A stretch of 64,000 nucleotides of DNA from Octopus sinensis (taxonomy: Eukaryota). The notes under the pieces are model-generated. The model made no database searches. It was not told the origin of the DNA and saw nothing but the letters and a program-made list of their open reading frames with translations. This document shows positions 25,401-38,776 of this stretch, one piece after another. Numbering within the stretch: position 1 is the first letter of the stretch; every line of letters begins with the position of its first letter. A program made the translations under genes and the position numbers. Where the stretch lies: contig NC_042998.1 in assembly GCF_006345805.1 (NCBI RefSeq), positions 11,842,001-11,906,000 on the forward strand. Reading direction: 5' to 3'.

Positions 25401-28012
25401 TAGTTTCAGCTTATGAGCTGTGGCCATGCTGGGGCACACCCGCATTTGGTGTTTCCCTTGGTTTCACTTCATGGAGGCTTTCTAGCAACTGCTATTTGGT
25501 GCATGAGAGAGTTCGATGCAGCTGCCCTCATCTGCCCCTCCTGCCGTGAAGTTGGTTCATCTGGGACACCTGACAGGAGAGATCCAGCTTCATTTTAAAG
25601 ACATCTGTATCCACCCCATGCAGGTCTCTCGGTTCAGGTTCTTCGGGAGGATATTGAAGAGCTGTGGGCCTCGGAAGCCCAGGCTATCACAGAATCTTGT
25701 CCTACATCTTGATGGCAGGTTTGGAGTCCTAGGCACCACGCAGTGGCGCCCAGTTCTGGCATTTGCGTAACTCTCGATGCCAAAGTTCAGGACACTTCCC
25801 TCCAGGATCTTCCAGATGTATATTATGGCATATCTTTCCCGCCTACGCTCCAGGGAATATAATTTTAATCTCTTGAGTCTTTCCCTAGCTTACATTCTGC
25901 ATAGAGGCTATCTTCTTTGTGTAGCTTCGTTGGATCGCCTCAAGTTTCTGTGATCAATTGACACTGGATGGTGACCATAGCTGAGAGCAATAGTCAAAGT
26001 GGCTTAGGACAAGTGTCTTCCAGAGGACATCATGGTTTCTTCTTGTTCTCCTTGTTCTAAAGGTTCTAAGAATCCATCCAGCCAGCCGTCTACACATTCT
26101 GTCATTTAGCAACATGTACATGAAAGGTCGCGTCATCACTCATGTGAATACCCAGGTCACGCCATCTGATTGTGCCTCTGGGATTGCAATCCTCCGGGTC
26201 CAGTGTATTCATCATTGGGTATTGCATTCAGTTTTGCATGCTGATAGTATAAGAGCTTGAACTTTCCAGCATTGAACTGCATGCTATTCTTTTTCAGCCC
26301 ACTTGTATCTTTCGTCCAGCTCACATTGCAGGTGTTTAGTGTCCTCAGGGTTCTGTATTGCCTGTGAAACTTTTGTATCATCTTCATAACTTTGATCGTG
26401 GCTCTCTGCGTGGGTCTGAGGGCATGTCTGAGAGGGCCATTATGAACAGTAGTGGTCCCAGAACAGTGCCCTGCGGAACACCGCTCACTAATTTGTGTGT
26501 TAATGGAGGTGGCCCCATTGGCTACTACCACTGACTTCTATCCTTCAGAAGTCATGAAGCCATTCTCCCAGTTTCAACATGTTGAGATCACGCAGTTTTG
26601 TGACATATCATTCCATGATCGACTTTATCAAAGCCTTTGCAAAGTCGAGATATATCACTTCCACATTTGAGTGGTTGAGCAGCCGTTTCAGCACCCAGTC
26701 ATAGTGTTTAGGAGCTGAGTAAAAGCTTCTCCCTGGTCGGAAACCATGTTGGGTGTCGGGCAAGTCATTCTCTTCAGGAAGGTGATCAGCTTCCTTCTTC
26801 TGACTATTCGTTCCTGACCTAGCTGATGTGTGAGGTCAGAGAGATAGGTCTATAGTTTCTTGGCTTCAGCTCTGCTACCTCCTTTATGAATGGGGCATAT
26901 TTTACCTTCCTTCAGTTTTCTGGAAGTTTTGCCAGCTGCAAGGAAGCTCTGAAAGAGGAACTGCAGTGGTCTTGCTAGGACTCTCTTACATGCTTTTAGG
27001 AGGATTGCCGGGAATCCATCGGGGCCAGTAGCTGAGTCTGTTTTCATTTCATCTATAGCCTTGTTACATCGTCTTCCTTTATATCGAGTAATCTATCGTC
27101 GCCGCCTCTGATTTTTATATCTGCAGTGGTAAAAAAGTCAGTTGGATTGGTGATTTGAGAGCCCAAGGGGTGGAGTGAAAACCTCTTGAATTGCTCATTC
27201 AGTATTTCACTTACCCTCATTGGTTTTCCTGTACGTGGTGCCATCCTTTTCGAGGAGTGGCCCTATTCTACAGTGCACTGTAGCTGTTTCTTTGGCATAC
27301 CTGTAGAAAGCTCTGGGGTTAGATTTTATGTTTTTTTCTATAGCCCAGGCTTCTTTGTCTGCTCTTTCTTTTTCATGGGAGAGTTGCAGACATTTTTCGA
27401 TTTCCACCACCAGTTTTATTTTTAGGGTCGGGACTTTTCACTGCTTTCATCTGTTTGTTTAGGCGATTTGAAAATTTCGTACGCCGTCTCATTAAATTTT
27501 TCCTCTCTCTGGGGATTTGGTTCTTGTGTACAGTGGCCTTTCTCTCTGGGACACATTTGTAGCATATGGCTTGCATTACAGACATGAAATTTGAAGTTTC
27601 ACGTCGATGTCCTGGCGAGGAGAGACATTTAGGCCAGTTTGTGTTTGAGGATCTCTTTCTCAATTTGTTTCCTAGTTTGCCTTATGGTAGTTCAAGCTGG
27701 AAAGATTTTGAGGGTTTCTTGTAGCTGCAATGTCCGTGCTCTCTTTTGGCCCGTACATGGTCAGCTCTATCATGTTGTGATCCGAGAGTAGTGTCGGGGT
27801 CACTTTCCATTATGGATGAGATCCATGTCATTTGTGAAGCAGAGATCCAGTGTGTTACCTGCCTGGTTGGTTGGAGTATTACCTGCTCCATGTAACAGGG
27901 GTGTTGATGAGGTTCAGGAGGGACCTCGCCTGTCCTCGTTTTCACATCTTGTCATTCCCGGGAGAGAAAGGCCCTCGGTCGGGCATCTGACATTGGGCAG
28001 ATGTGAGTCCCC
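25401..28012 (-). mobile_element. 5'-truncated CR1/L2-group LINE (end of APE domain + RT), decayed
   Basis: ATGPDGFPAILLKAC, HGFRPGRS, DFAKA, GVPQGTVLGPL-like, QFNAGKF and LWKTLVLSHFDYCSQLW motifs occur across frames. It is truncated near the GDF-like endonuclease motif. Confidence 0.88.
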
Positions 28013-28021
28013 ATATATATA

Positions 28022-28073
<52 letters not shown>

Positions 28074-28321
28074 CTATATATTATATTATATAATATATAT
28101 ATATATATATATATTATATACTATAATATAGTATATTCTATATGTATTATATATGTATATATATATACATATATATATATGTATATATTATGTATATATA
28201 TAGATATATATGTATATATATATACATATCTATATATGTAATATATATATATATATACATATATATATAATGATATATATATGTATATATATATACATAT
28301 ATATATATGTATATATATATG

Positions 28322-28357
<36 letters not shown>

Positions 28358-28360
28358 TAC

Positions 28361-28425
<65 letters not shown>

Positions 28426-28431
<6 letters not shown>

Positions 28432-29345
28432 TTAATAAGGGTGAGAGAATTAGATACTAATTTAATAGTATTCTATTCAACCCAAGTGGCCAGTGCTTCG
28501 AGAAACCTGGATTATTATAATATTTTATTATATTTATAATATTTTATACAAAAATAAATATAAGAGAATGGTCACTATGTGGCTCATTCTAGCACAACTA
28601 AAATCCAAAAGGTTTCAACACCACAAAATACATGTTTTTCCCGTGAAAGTCAGTACGATTGTTAGCTCACCGAACAGGGCAAATAAAAAATAACAAAAAT
28701 ACAAAAATACAGATTATTTTGGGACAATTGTTTCGCTATTAATGATTAAATGTAATTTTACTTACAAAAAACCCACTGTAGCTCTCTCGGCCCAAAACTA
28801 TCTGGATGAAATCCACTCAATCACACGCCAGATTTTACCATAACGATAAATACCGTGTTTCATGATTACAACATCCGACGTTATATTCAATGCCCCTACT
28901 AACAGCGCGCCAAACTTTCATGAAACAAATACTACATTTAGAACTAAATGTAGGCATAATTATAATTAATTAATAAGGGTGAGAGAATTAGATACTAATT
29001 TAATAGTATATCTATTCAACACCAAGTGGCCCAGTGCTTCGAGAACCTGGATTATTATATTATTTATTATAATATTATAATATTTTATATACAAAAATAA
29101 ATATAAGAGAATGGTCACTCTAGCCGAGGAGCTACAAGTGGGTTTTTTTGTAAGTAAATTACATTAATTCATTAATAGCGAAACAATTGTCCCAAAAAAT
29201 CTGTATTTTTTGTTATTTTTATTTTGCCCTGTTCGTGTGAGCTAACAATCTTCTGACTTCACGGGAACATGTATTTTTGTGGTTGAAACCTTTTGGATTT
29301 CTAAGTGCTAGAATGAGCCACATAGTGACCATTCTCTTATATTTA
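28426..29345. mobile_element. PLE-type terminal complex with direct and inverted partial repeats (A-B-C-A-B')
   Basis: 28426-28577 recurs at ~28963-29119. The segment ~28553-28790 recurs inverted at 29123-29345. It contains a hammerhead-like motif. Confidence 0.7.
28717..28797 (-). ncRNA. Type I hammerhead-like motif (variant core CCGAG(A)GA); inverted copy at 29124-29197 (+)
   Basis: UUUUGGG-CCGAGAGA-GCUA...UAGC-GAAA-CAAUUG-UC^CCAAAA. The plus-strand copy reads CCGAGGA. Stem III is the palindrome ACAAUUGU and the triplet is GUC. Confidence 0.6.
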
Positions 29346-29483
29346 AATTATATATAATATATATTACTATATATATATAATACGAATAAGAAAATGGAGA
29401 AACAAAATTAGTTTGTTCATCAACTTTCGGATATTTATAATGTTGTGGATTATTTATTGGATAAATGCTATCCCATAGTGGTT

Positions 29484-29543
<60 letters not shown>

Positions 29544-30190
29544 GTGTGTGTGTCTATACGTACATATGAATTTCTAGCAACATTTTGACGGATATCGGAG
29601 CCCCCCCCAAAAAAACAGCTGTTGGACTTAAAATACCATACTTCCTTTCTTGTAATTTTATACTTAAATTTCATCGTCTTTGCTTTGTCTCGTTTTACAT
29701 GGATACATATATATTTATTTTGTATTTCATGCTCAAGCTGTTGTATCTGATATCTGTTCAACTTCATTCCTCATATAGTCTTTCTTAACCCCGGGGAATT
29801 GATCACCCGTAAAGACATCCGAGTCTAAGTTCGAATCATTTGAGCGCTACGTGTCTTCTCTACTGTGAATCTCTGGATCTTAACTGCTGACTATATATAT
29901 ATATATATATTATATATATATATATATCATCATCATCATCATTGTTCGACCGTGGTCGAGACTTTCATAGTCTTTTCAAATGGCTAATAATGTGTGCGCG
30001 CGCCACTACTACACACACTGGAAAGCATTGTACAACCAAGTACTAAAGAAGATCTTCCCTCCTCCATGAAACAAAGCTGTTCCCGCTGGACGTCAACCCA
30101 GTATTTCTAAGCTACGGACCCAGTGATTTATTGTAAGGTTATCTCCCTAGATAGATTGCCTTCACTACGGCTAAGGAGCCCTTTCTACCC

Positions 30191-30260
<70 letters not shown>

Positions 30261-30389
30261 TGTGTGAGCAAACAAAAAATGAAACAAGAACATAACAGGC
30301 GACAAAACATCCAGAGAGTTAGATGATAAAAAAAGGGCAAGAAAACAACACACACACACACACACACACACACGCATACGTACATACAT

Positions 30390-31692
30390 AGAAGGCGAGT
30401 GGAAAGTAGCTAGGCATTAGAAATTGCTTATAAGATTTTTTTGTATCACTGAAGTCATGACGAACACAATTTTTAAACAGACAAAATTAATGGGGATTTC
30501 TTATTTTCTTATTGTCTTATTTCTTTTTTTTTCCCGGTGGCCGGACGCTTGACTGTTCAGGAGCGAGCTAATATAGCAGCACGCTATGAAGTGTGGAATT
30601 ACATTGTTTTGGTTCAGAGATGATGGTGTACATGGAAAGGTAAGCATGCAACACTACGTCCGGGGAAAATCAAAAGTTGTCATGCAAAGCTGATGACCAC
30701 GGTCTATGTGAACGATGCAAGAAGTGGCCGTCCAACCACATCCTGATCAGCGTGGAACGTGGCAACCGTGGAGGAAATGTTTAATCGCAGCCCACAAAAA
30801 TCAACACGTTAGGCAGCTCGTGGAAGTGGACTAACAAAACAAACAAGATTTACTGTTGCATAAAGAATTGAATTTTCGTCCGTGGAAACCACATTACGTA
30901 CAGAGGTTAAAACCTGAAGGCCGTGACCGCAGAATGGAATATGTGGAATTAACGCAAGTTTGGCATGAAGATTGACCTGAACTGTTTGAAAACAGTTTGA
31001 AAATTGTTGGTGATTTCATCAATCGTCTCAACTTCCATTACTGCGCGTCGTGTGATAGGGATCCAAACATGACGGTTGAGAAGATGCAAGTTCGACCAAA
31101 AGTGACTATGTGGTGCGAAATGACGGCAACAAGCATCGTCGGCACATATCTTCTACGTGACACCATGAATACGGACTGTTATCTTCAGGTACTCAAAAGT
31201 TACGTGTGACCCACGGTGTCTGGGATAACATTGGTAACCCGATATTCCTGCAGGATGTTGCAACACCCTATTTTACTCTTATTGTGCGTGAATGTTTAGG
31301 CCATCATTTTTCAGGACGTTCGATGGGCCGACACAGACTTCATGAATGGCTTCCAAGTAGTCCAGATCTTACTCTATGTGATTTTTACATGTGGGGTTAC
31401 TCAAAAGAGGAGGTGTACAAGACAAAACTTCGTACACTGGAGGACTTGGAGACAGAGATATTCAGGATGTTCTCAACGATATACCAGTCGACGTTCTTCA
31501 GAAAATTGTTCATTCCATCCCTGTCCGTTTGAGAAAACCGGTTGGCGTCACCGGTGATTACGTTGAAATTTGAAGATTTACTTTCATTTTCCCATGTAAT
31601 AAAGAACATGTATCATTTGTTTCAATAGATTTGTAAAAGGTGCATGGATTTTATTACCAATTTTTGTTGCCTACTTACCTTTCAGCCACTAC
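30390..31692 (+). mobile_element. Mariner-like (DDxD) transposon, decayed near-full-length copy
   Basis: HTH-like LTVQERANIAARYE, SGRP, RPKVTMWC, FLQD..TP and EWLPSSPDLTLCDFYMWGYSKEEVY motifs. TIRs are degenerate. Confidence 0.8.
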
Positions 31693-31694
31693 AC

Positions 31695-31862
31695 ACATTT
31701 TCTCTCTCCTTTCTCTCCTTGTTTTTTCTGTGTCCCTTTCTGTAGAAGAGCGTAGGCTAGAAACGTAACAGACTTTTTCTATTCCTGAGCGTTATACTAA
31801 TACATATGTTTGTTTTGTACACCACCTGTCTTCGTCTTTTGTTTTTTTCGTAAACTCTCCCT
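31695..31862 (+). mobile_element. PLE 3' terminus with a degenerate hammerhead (31736-31771)
   Basis: CUUU-CUGUAGA-A-GAGC/guag/GCUA-GAAACGUA^ACAG. It shares the downstream ttcctgagcg (31782) with the PLE terminus at 5974 and ends in (TA)n. Confidence 0.6.
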
Positions 31863-31871
31863 ATATATATA

Positions 31872-31907
<36 letters not shown>

Positions 31908-32129
31908 ATTATACCAAGGACATATAGTCCCTTAAGGGATGTTTGCATCCTAGTTCTCAGGTTTTACAAGTGTTCAGAGAGAAAAACTAAATACTTTCGT
32001 TTTGCATTGATGGATATTGGTATTTAAATTATTTATTAATGAGAAAAAGAAGAAAATGGGGAAATTGGTATGTAGACATCAATTTATTCAAGGATATTCA
32101 AAATCAATATAAAATGAAATTCTTACCGT

Positions 32130-32245
32130 GGGTCACACGTAATATTCGAACATCTGAAAATAGCGGTCCGTATTCATGGAGTCACGTAGAAGATATGGGC
32201 CGACGACAACCATTTCTACTGTATATTTGTTGTGTCTAATTTGCT
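32130..32245 (-). mobile_element. Short inverted fragment related to the 30.4-31.7 kb mariner transposase
   Basis: VVGPYLLRDSMNTDRYFQMFEYYV versus VGTYLLRDTMNTDCYLQVLKSYV. Confidence 0.7.
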
Positions 32246-32347
32246 TATCCTCATAATTGCATTTATACATACATGCATACATACATACATATATACGTAC
32301 ATACATACATACATACATACGTACATACATACTACATACATACATAC

Positions 32348-32435
<88 letters not shown>

Positions 32436-33380
32436 AAGAGTGAAAGAAAACTAAACTATGCTTCCTTATTAGATTTCAACATGCTTCTGCCTGGCGGCCA
32501 ATTTAAATGTACATTCCGTGCATGTTGAAAAACATAGATGAATTAACGGAAAACATCTATGATTCACCTATATATAGAATGGCTGCGATTCGATTTCGAA
32601 TAATGCCTTAGGCTGGTTATTCCCTCAAATACAAGCAGCACAGATGTTTCTTTTCAGTCCTCTTAGCAACTTACAGTTTTTAGACAGACGTGGCAATGAT
32701 GTGCGCCTCTTGCAATAGATGTTACCAACCACAAACAGATATAACTAACCTATGTAATTCATTTGGGCAAAGAAACGATGTGTCAGCCTAGCATTTTGTC
32801 GTTGGATTTCATGTCGGAGAATGACTTCTTATGGAATATGTGTATATACAAAACACGCGCGTCAGAGGATATCAGTGAGTAGGGAGAAGAATTCTTAGTA
32901 ATCTATATTGTCTATACATTTAATTTCGCTAAAATGATATTGGTCGTGAATGCACAAGCAGTGGAATTTTCTTAAATATCATGTATTTATGTGAAATTAA
33001 AACGCTATAAATAAGTGTTGATAATTTTGAGCTGGTGGTTAAGAATTGAGGTCAAGAAGACGATTATTTGTGCACGCTGTTTATAATGTTGTCACATGTT
33101 GTAGAAGCAGGAAGCCAGACAACTTGGTAATCCTCGGAGATAGAAATAAATTAGTTAGTTTAAAGTAAGAAAGACAGGAAAGAAGAATATGAAATTAGAC
33201 AGAGTGTAGAGAAGCATGGAAGGGCGAAAAAAGAAAGAATAAAAGCATGCTGAACAAAATATTTGAATAATGGCACGGTTGGAATGAAGTAGTGTTACAG
33301 TATTATTAAATACATGTAATGGCAGGAAAGGAAGTTCCGTCTACGTATATTTTTCTATAGTTTTATACACACACACACTA

Positions 33381-33417
<37 letters not shown>

Positions 33418-33550
33418 ATTATATACGAGAACATGTATGTGTATCTACGTATGTATGTATACATGTATGTATGTATATATATATATGTATATACACACAT
33501 ACATACACAAATACACACACGCACACACACACATATATATACATACATAC

Positions 33551-33584
<34 letters not shown>

Positions 33585-33610
33585 TTGTGTGTGTATGTGT
33601 GTGTGTGAAT

Positions 33611-33682
33611 GCAGATGGCCTAGTGGTTAGAGCAGTGGACTCGCGGTCGAGGGATCGTGAGTTCGAATCTCAGACGGGCGAT
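33611..33682 (+). mobile_element. Isolated tRNA-derived SINE head (not a functional tRNA)
   Basis: A box tggcctagtgg and B box gagttcgaatct, but the acceptor stem does not pair. It is flanked by microsatellites and related to the family C head. Confidence 0.6.
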
Positions 33683-33702
33683 ATACATATATATGTATAT
33701 AT

Positions 33703-33758
<56 letters not shown>

Positions 33759-34405
33759 ACTACATATGTGGATATATATATGGGTGTGTTTGTTTTGAGG
33801 CGTTGTTATCTAACTCCTCCTACATTGTTTTATCTATTTAGATGAAACTTGACACGGGAATAGCACTCCTTTTCTGGAAAACTAGTAACATACTGAGATT
33901 GTTGAAAAAAAAATCGACAATAGAGCCCCTGGAAGGGATTCTTATATTTACTACATATAACTTATACATTATACTACATATAACTAATATATTATAACTA
34001 ATATATTATAACAAGTTATAATCCCAAAGTATATACTTGGGTAACTGAATTAATATTCAAATGTCGAAACAATAATATACATATACTCCGTTGTCAGTTC
34101 CACATTTACAGCATCATTGAACTACGGTAGTAGTTGAATAATATTCTTAAGGCAGCAATTTACTCACACGCAGCATATTTCAGAGCTTGTTGCTAATTCA
34201 GTTCTTAACAAAATTGAGAACCGATAACATTTTGAAGAGGAATGATTCCTACCTACATTTTAGCATAATGAAATTGAGATCTGGTCTAGTAGAAAAAAGT
34301 TTACATCAAAATTTGTAGCGATGTTATAGGAGAATTAATAACGCCACTAATCAAGTTTCGATGTAAATAACCTTTGAGTTTAAAAGCAAAATATCTTTAT
34401 CTTAG

Positions 34406-34485
34406 CTTCAGCGATGGAAGAAAGCGTGAAGAATTTCATCGTTTTGGAACCATGCAACAAAAATTTGTATCAACAAATTTGTGAG
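34406..34485 (+). other. Candidate isolated coding exon (SAMEESVKNFIVLEPCNKNLYQQICE)
   Basis: Acceptor tatctttatcttag, an open frame and donor GAG|gtaaaa. I found no in-phase partner exon. Confidence 0.25.
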
Positions 34486-37129
34486 GTAAAATATCATGAA
34501 AAAATATAAGGCAAAAAATTGGATTTAAGTATTATCTTTTTATTTTAAAAGCAACCTATATTTAAATTAAGCTTAAATGATAGAACGCAATTCGAGGAAA
34601 TTCACGGTATCAATCTCATGCAATGAAGTTTTCAAAGAAAAAGTTGTGTGTTTGTTTCTTAAACTTTATTATGAATATAGTTCCAGGGGACTTTTAATAT
34701 ATGTTACCGGCATCATTGAGGTAAGGAAAAAATTATCAACAACAACGCTAATTGACTCGTTTGACACAGTATTAATTAGCTTAATACCATAGCCTGGCAA
34801 AAATATGTATTGCATGGAAAAATGCGAGCAAGTGAAATAATATTCTTAAGATTAATAAATCTGGGAAAGTTCAGGACAAGTTATTACATCTGGTAAAATA
34901 GAGAAAATTTTTACTTAAAATATTGCAACTAAGGATAAAATTTGAATATTAAAAATCATTTGATTTTAATTCACAAAGTAACATTATAATTAAAAAAGGT
35001 ATCATAATTTTGTTAAAATATTGACACGCTAGAATACTTTAACAATGAGAGCCAGAAGTAGGGACGTGATGACGAGCTGCACAATGGAGAAGTCTTCGGG
35101 GCTGGATGGCCTGCCCTTCGAACTCTATCTTCATATGCAAATTTGGTCGTTGATCTCTTGGTAGCTGGCTAAGATTTTATATAGAAGGTAGCGAAGGAAC
35201 CTAGCATGGGTGGAGCACTGATCAATTTGGGTAAATCAAACCCTTTCCAATGGATCGACCATCAATACTTAGAGGCTGTCTTTGCAGTGGTATGTGTTGT
35301 AGCTACTCCCGATGTTCTTACTATCATTACTACTACCACTGCTTCCATCCATTCCGCTTTCACTACTTACATGGCCACCACCGTTAGAATTGTTCTCAAT
35401 GCTGCCGTTACTGCTACTACTGTCGCTGCTGCTTTTCATCTCTACGTTCTGAGTTCACATTCCATCGAGGCTGACTTTGTCTTTCATCCTTTCAGTGTGG
35501 ATGAAATCAGTACCACTTAAGCACTGGAATCGCTCTAATCAACTTGGCCCCCTCCCCGCAAAAAAACAAAAAATACTGCCCTTCTGCTAACATTTGAAGC
35601 CAATAATAATTCATGTCACGTCTGCATGTATCTGATTAACTCTTTCTGTGCGTGTCTGTATCTGTGTGTATGTATGTGTGTGTGCGTTCTAACTAATTTT
35701 TCCACCGTCTAGGCCTAAAAAAGCCCTTATTATTGGTTCCCTGTCCTGTTATTCCTTATTTGTACTGTTTTTTCTTCATTTGTATTACTTTTACGTCCTG
35801 TTCTTGTCACTTGTTTTACCCCTCTGCAAAAGAATTTTATTTAATTCCTTTTGCAGGAAGGACTGCTTCGTCATGGCCGTGTTTTGCCCTTACCTTCGAA
35901 ACACGCATTGAGTCGAACCAGGGGCAGCTGATGAAGGGGAATTTTCCTTGTATTGTTTGTCCTGTACTCTGTTTTTACGTTGTTAAAAAAAGTCCGTTTC
36001 CTTGTTTGATTTTATTTTTTCGTTTCTCGTTGTATTCTACGTTTAATTGTGGTGTCCTGTACTCATATATATATATGCTTGTATATATACATGTAGATGT
36101 AAACGTACATATATGTATGTATATATGCATATAATTTATTTATTTATTATATTGTTATTATATGTATATATATATGGATGTGTGATTGAATTACTTTAAA
36201 CGTTGATATATATGCGGATATATCTTAACTCCTCCTTTGAAAGGTAAACTAAACTTGCAATACAAAATTTTGCTTCTTGATGCAGAAGACGAAGTGTTAA
36301 AACCAAAAAACAAACGAAGAAGGGAAAAAAACGTCTCATGTCAAAACACGTTAGTTTTCTTTTTCTGTTATATTGATTTTAATCCGTATTTTGTATAAAA
36401 TAATATTTTTAATTTTCTTGAAATCATGCTGCATAGAATATTTCTATGCGAATTTGATTCCTGTAGAATTCGTGTTTGTGAACCTATAGGAAAATTGTTA
36501 AAAGAATACAAGCACATGGTAAGAATATCAAGCTTTCTCTCAATCTCTTCTCCCCCTTTCTCTCTCTCACACACATGAGTGTGTCTGTACTTATATATAT
36601 GGCTATGTAAATATATATACATATATACATATGTATACACATGCACACACACTCACACATATATGTATGTATATATTCATATGTACATACGTATATTTGC
36701 ATGATATTTCTATGCATATTAATATATTTCTTCAGATAACTCTACATTTCAATCTATGTTCGCAAGTGTGTGTGTGTGTATATATGTATGTTTGTATGTA
36801 AAGGATAGATTTATCAGAAGAAAGACATTAAAATGCAAGGAATATATTGTTAAGAATGTATGCACATATCTTCATGTTTAATATTTGTGCATAAGACACG
36901 ACACACATATACTTCTGTGTGTTTGTGTGTGTGTGTGTGCGTGTATGCGTGTGTGTCTATGTGTGTGCGTATGCGGGTGTGCGCGCGCGCTTATGTGTGT
37001 AATTAATATTTTTACTTGAAAGGACATTTTAGAATAGCAACATTGTATTTTCTCATGGTGTAATTCAATAATGAGACTTGAATCAAGTCTATTTTTCAGT
37101 TGTGATTGGGTTGACAATGTTCGCCTATA

Positions 37130-37622
37130 CACACATACATACATACATACATACATACATACATACATGCATACATACATACATACATACATACATGCAT
37201 GCATGCATGCATGCATACATACATACATACATACATATATACATACATACATACATACATACATACATACATACATACATACATACATACATACATACAT
37301 ACATACATACCTACATACATACATGCATGCATGCATGCATACATACATACATACATACATACATACATACATACATACATAATACATGCGTGCATACATA
37401 CATACATACATACATACATACATACATACATACATACATACCTACATACATACATACCTACATACATACCTACATACATACATACATACATACATACATA
37501 CATACATACATACATACATACATACATTCATACATACATACATACATACACACATTCATACATACATACATACATACATACAAACATACAAACATACATA
37601 CATACATACATACATACATACA
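37130..37622. repeat. (TACA)n microsatellite
   Basis: Visible directly. Confidence 0.97.
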
Positions 37623-38381
37623 CTGCTAATTTTTCTTTTTCTCTTGGTGTTCAGTAATATACTTTAGGTCCGTGTTGTTAAAACTTATACCCTTTGCAAT
37701 CATTCGGGTTAATTTCTTTGGGCGCTGTCTTTTTCCTTTCAAACCATTAAATAGAAAACAAATTCAAAATAATGCATAATGCACTGGATGTGAAGTATGT
37801 ATGTACTTTGCTCATCATCTACGAGACGCATAAAGAACGAATTCATCCCAAGTATCTTATAACAAGACACATACTCTCTGTTTTTAGTAATAAATAAAAG
37901 TATATGAATTTAAGTAATTCAATGGATGTATTCATATTGGTCTGCAGCTGCTTAAGTGAAACAATTTTATGGAGAGATAAAAACTAAGTTAACAACAGAA
38001 AGTTTTGCTAATAGTGTATATACCGCTGAAAATCGATAATAATTAAATTATAGATCGCATTTTTCAGATTACTGTGTATAGCATTTCGCAGGAAGCAAGA
38101 ACAAAGAGTCGCAGCTGTTACATGTTACCAGTAATCTGATTCAAAGTCTACGCCAGCAAATTGAAGTATGCGTATTGCATTAGATATTCCTTCAATGAAA
38201 TGATGTTTATGTTCTTTCAGTGATAGAATTTCAAAATCATGCCTGATAAATTTGAAGCCGCAGGGTCTATTTATTATGTACCCACATTTGGATGACCAAA
38301 AATAGTAACAACAAGCAAGGAGGCGCATTTATTGGTCAGCCACATCAAATCACTGAACGACCATTCCGCTATGCTATTATA

Positions 38382-38776
38382 TCTTCATATATAAAAGTAA
38401 GGTTATGTGTCTGTCTCCTACGATTTAGATTCCTAACTACTCCCACATTTTGCGGTGCAGTTTAACCAAAACCGGGTATCTTATAGTCGTGATTCATATC
38501 GAGCCCTTCTGGGTATTAGCGCGCGTCTACGATGAGTCTACGATTTAAAAAAAATTACCATAATTTTTTCCATTTTAATGCATTTTTTCGCTATTATATA
38601 AGGGAAGTAACTCTCTAAAAATGTCTACGATGAGTCAACGATTTAAAAAAAAAATTACCATCATTTTTTTTCCCATTTTTAATGTATTGTTTTGCTAATT
38701 TTTGGCTATAACTCTCTAAAAATGCTTATATAGTTATTTCCCTTACAATCCGAGCAACGCCGGGCGATACTGCTAG
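38382..38776 (+). mobile_element. Non-autonomous Helitron
   Basis: A^TC...ccgagcaacgccgggcgatactgCTAG^T; same family as 20429-20824. Confidence 0.85.

Noticed and set aside
33611-33682. Possible tRNA gene
   Set aside because: A and B boxes are present but the acceptor stem does not pair. It matches the head of SINE family C and lies between microsatellites.
35690-36062. Possible hammerhead in a PLE-like terminus (CTGATGAAG at ~35927, GAAAC at ~35898; minus-strand aUGACGA-A-GCAG/CUGC)
   Set aside because: I could not assemble all three stems and both core strands in any topology. It is probably a PLE-derived end, but the ribozyme is unsupported.
38125-38328. 67-aa minus-strand ORF with protein-like composition
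   Set aside because: No recognisable motif, no supporting splice sites, and short enough to arise by chance.
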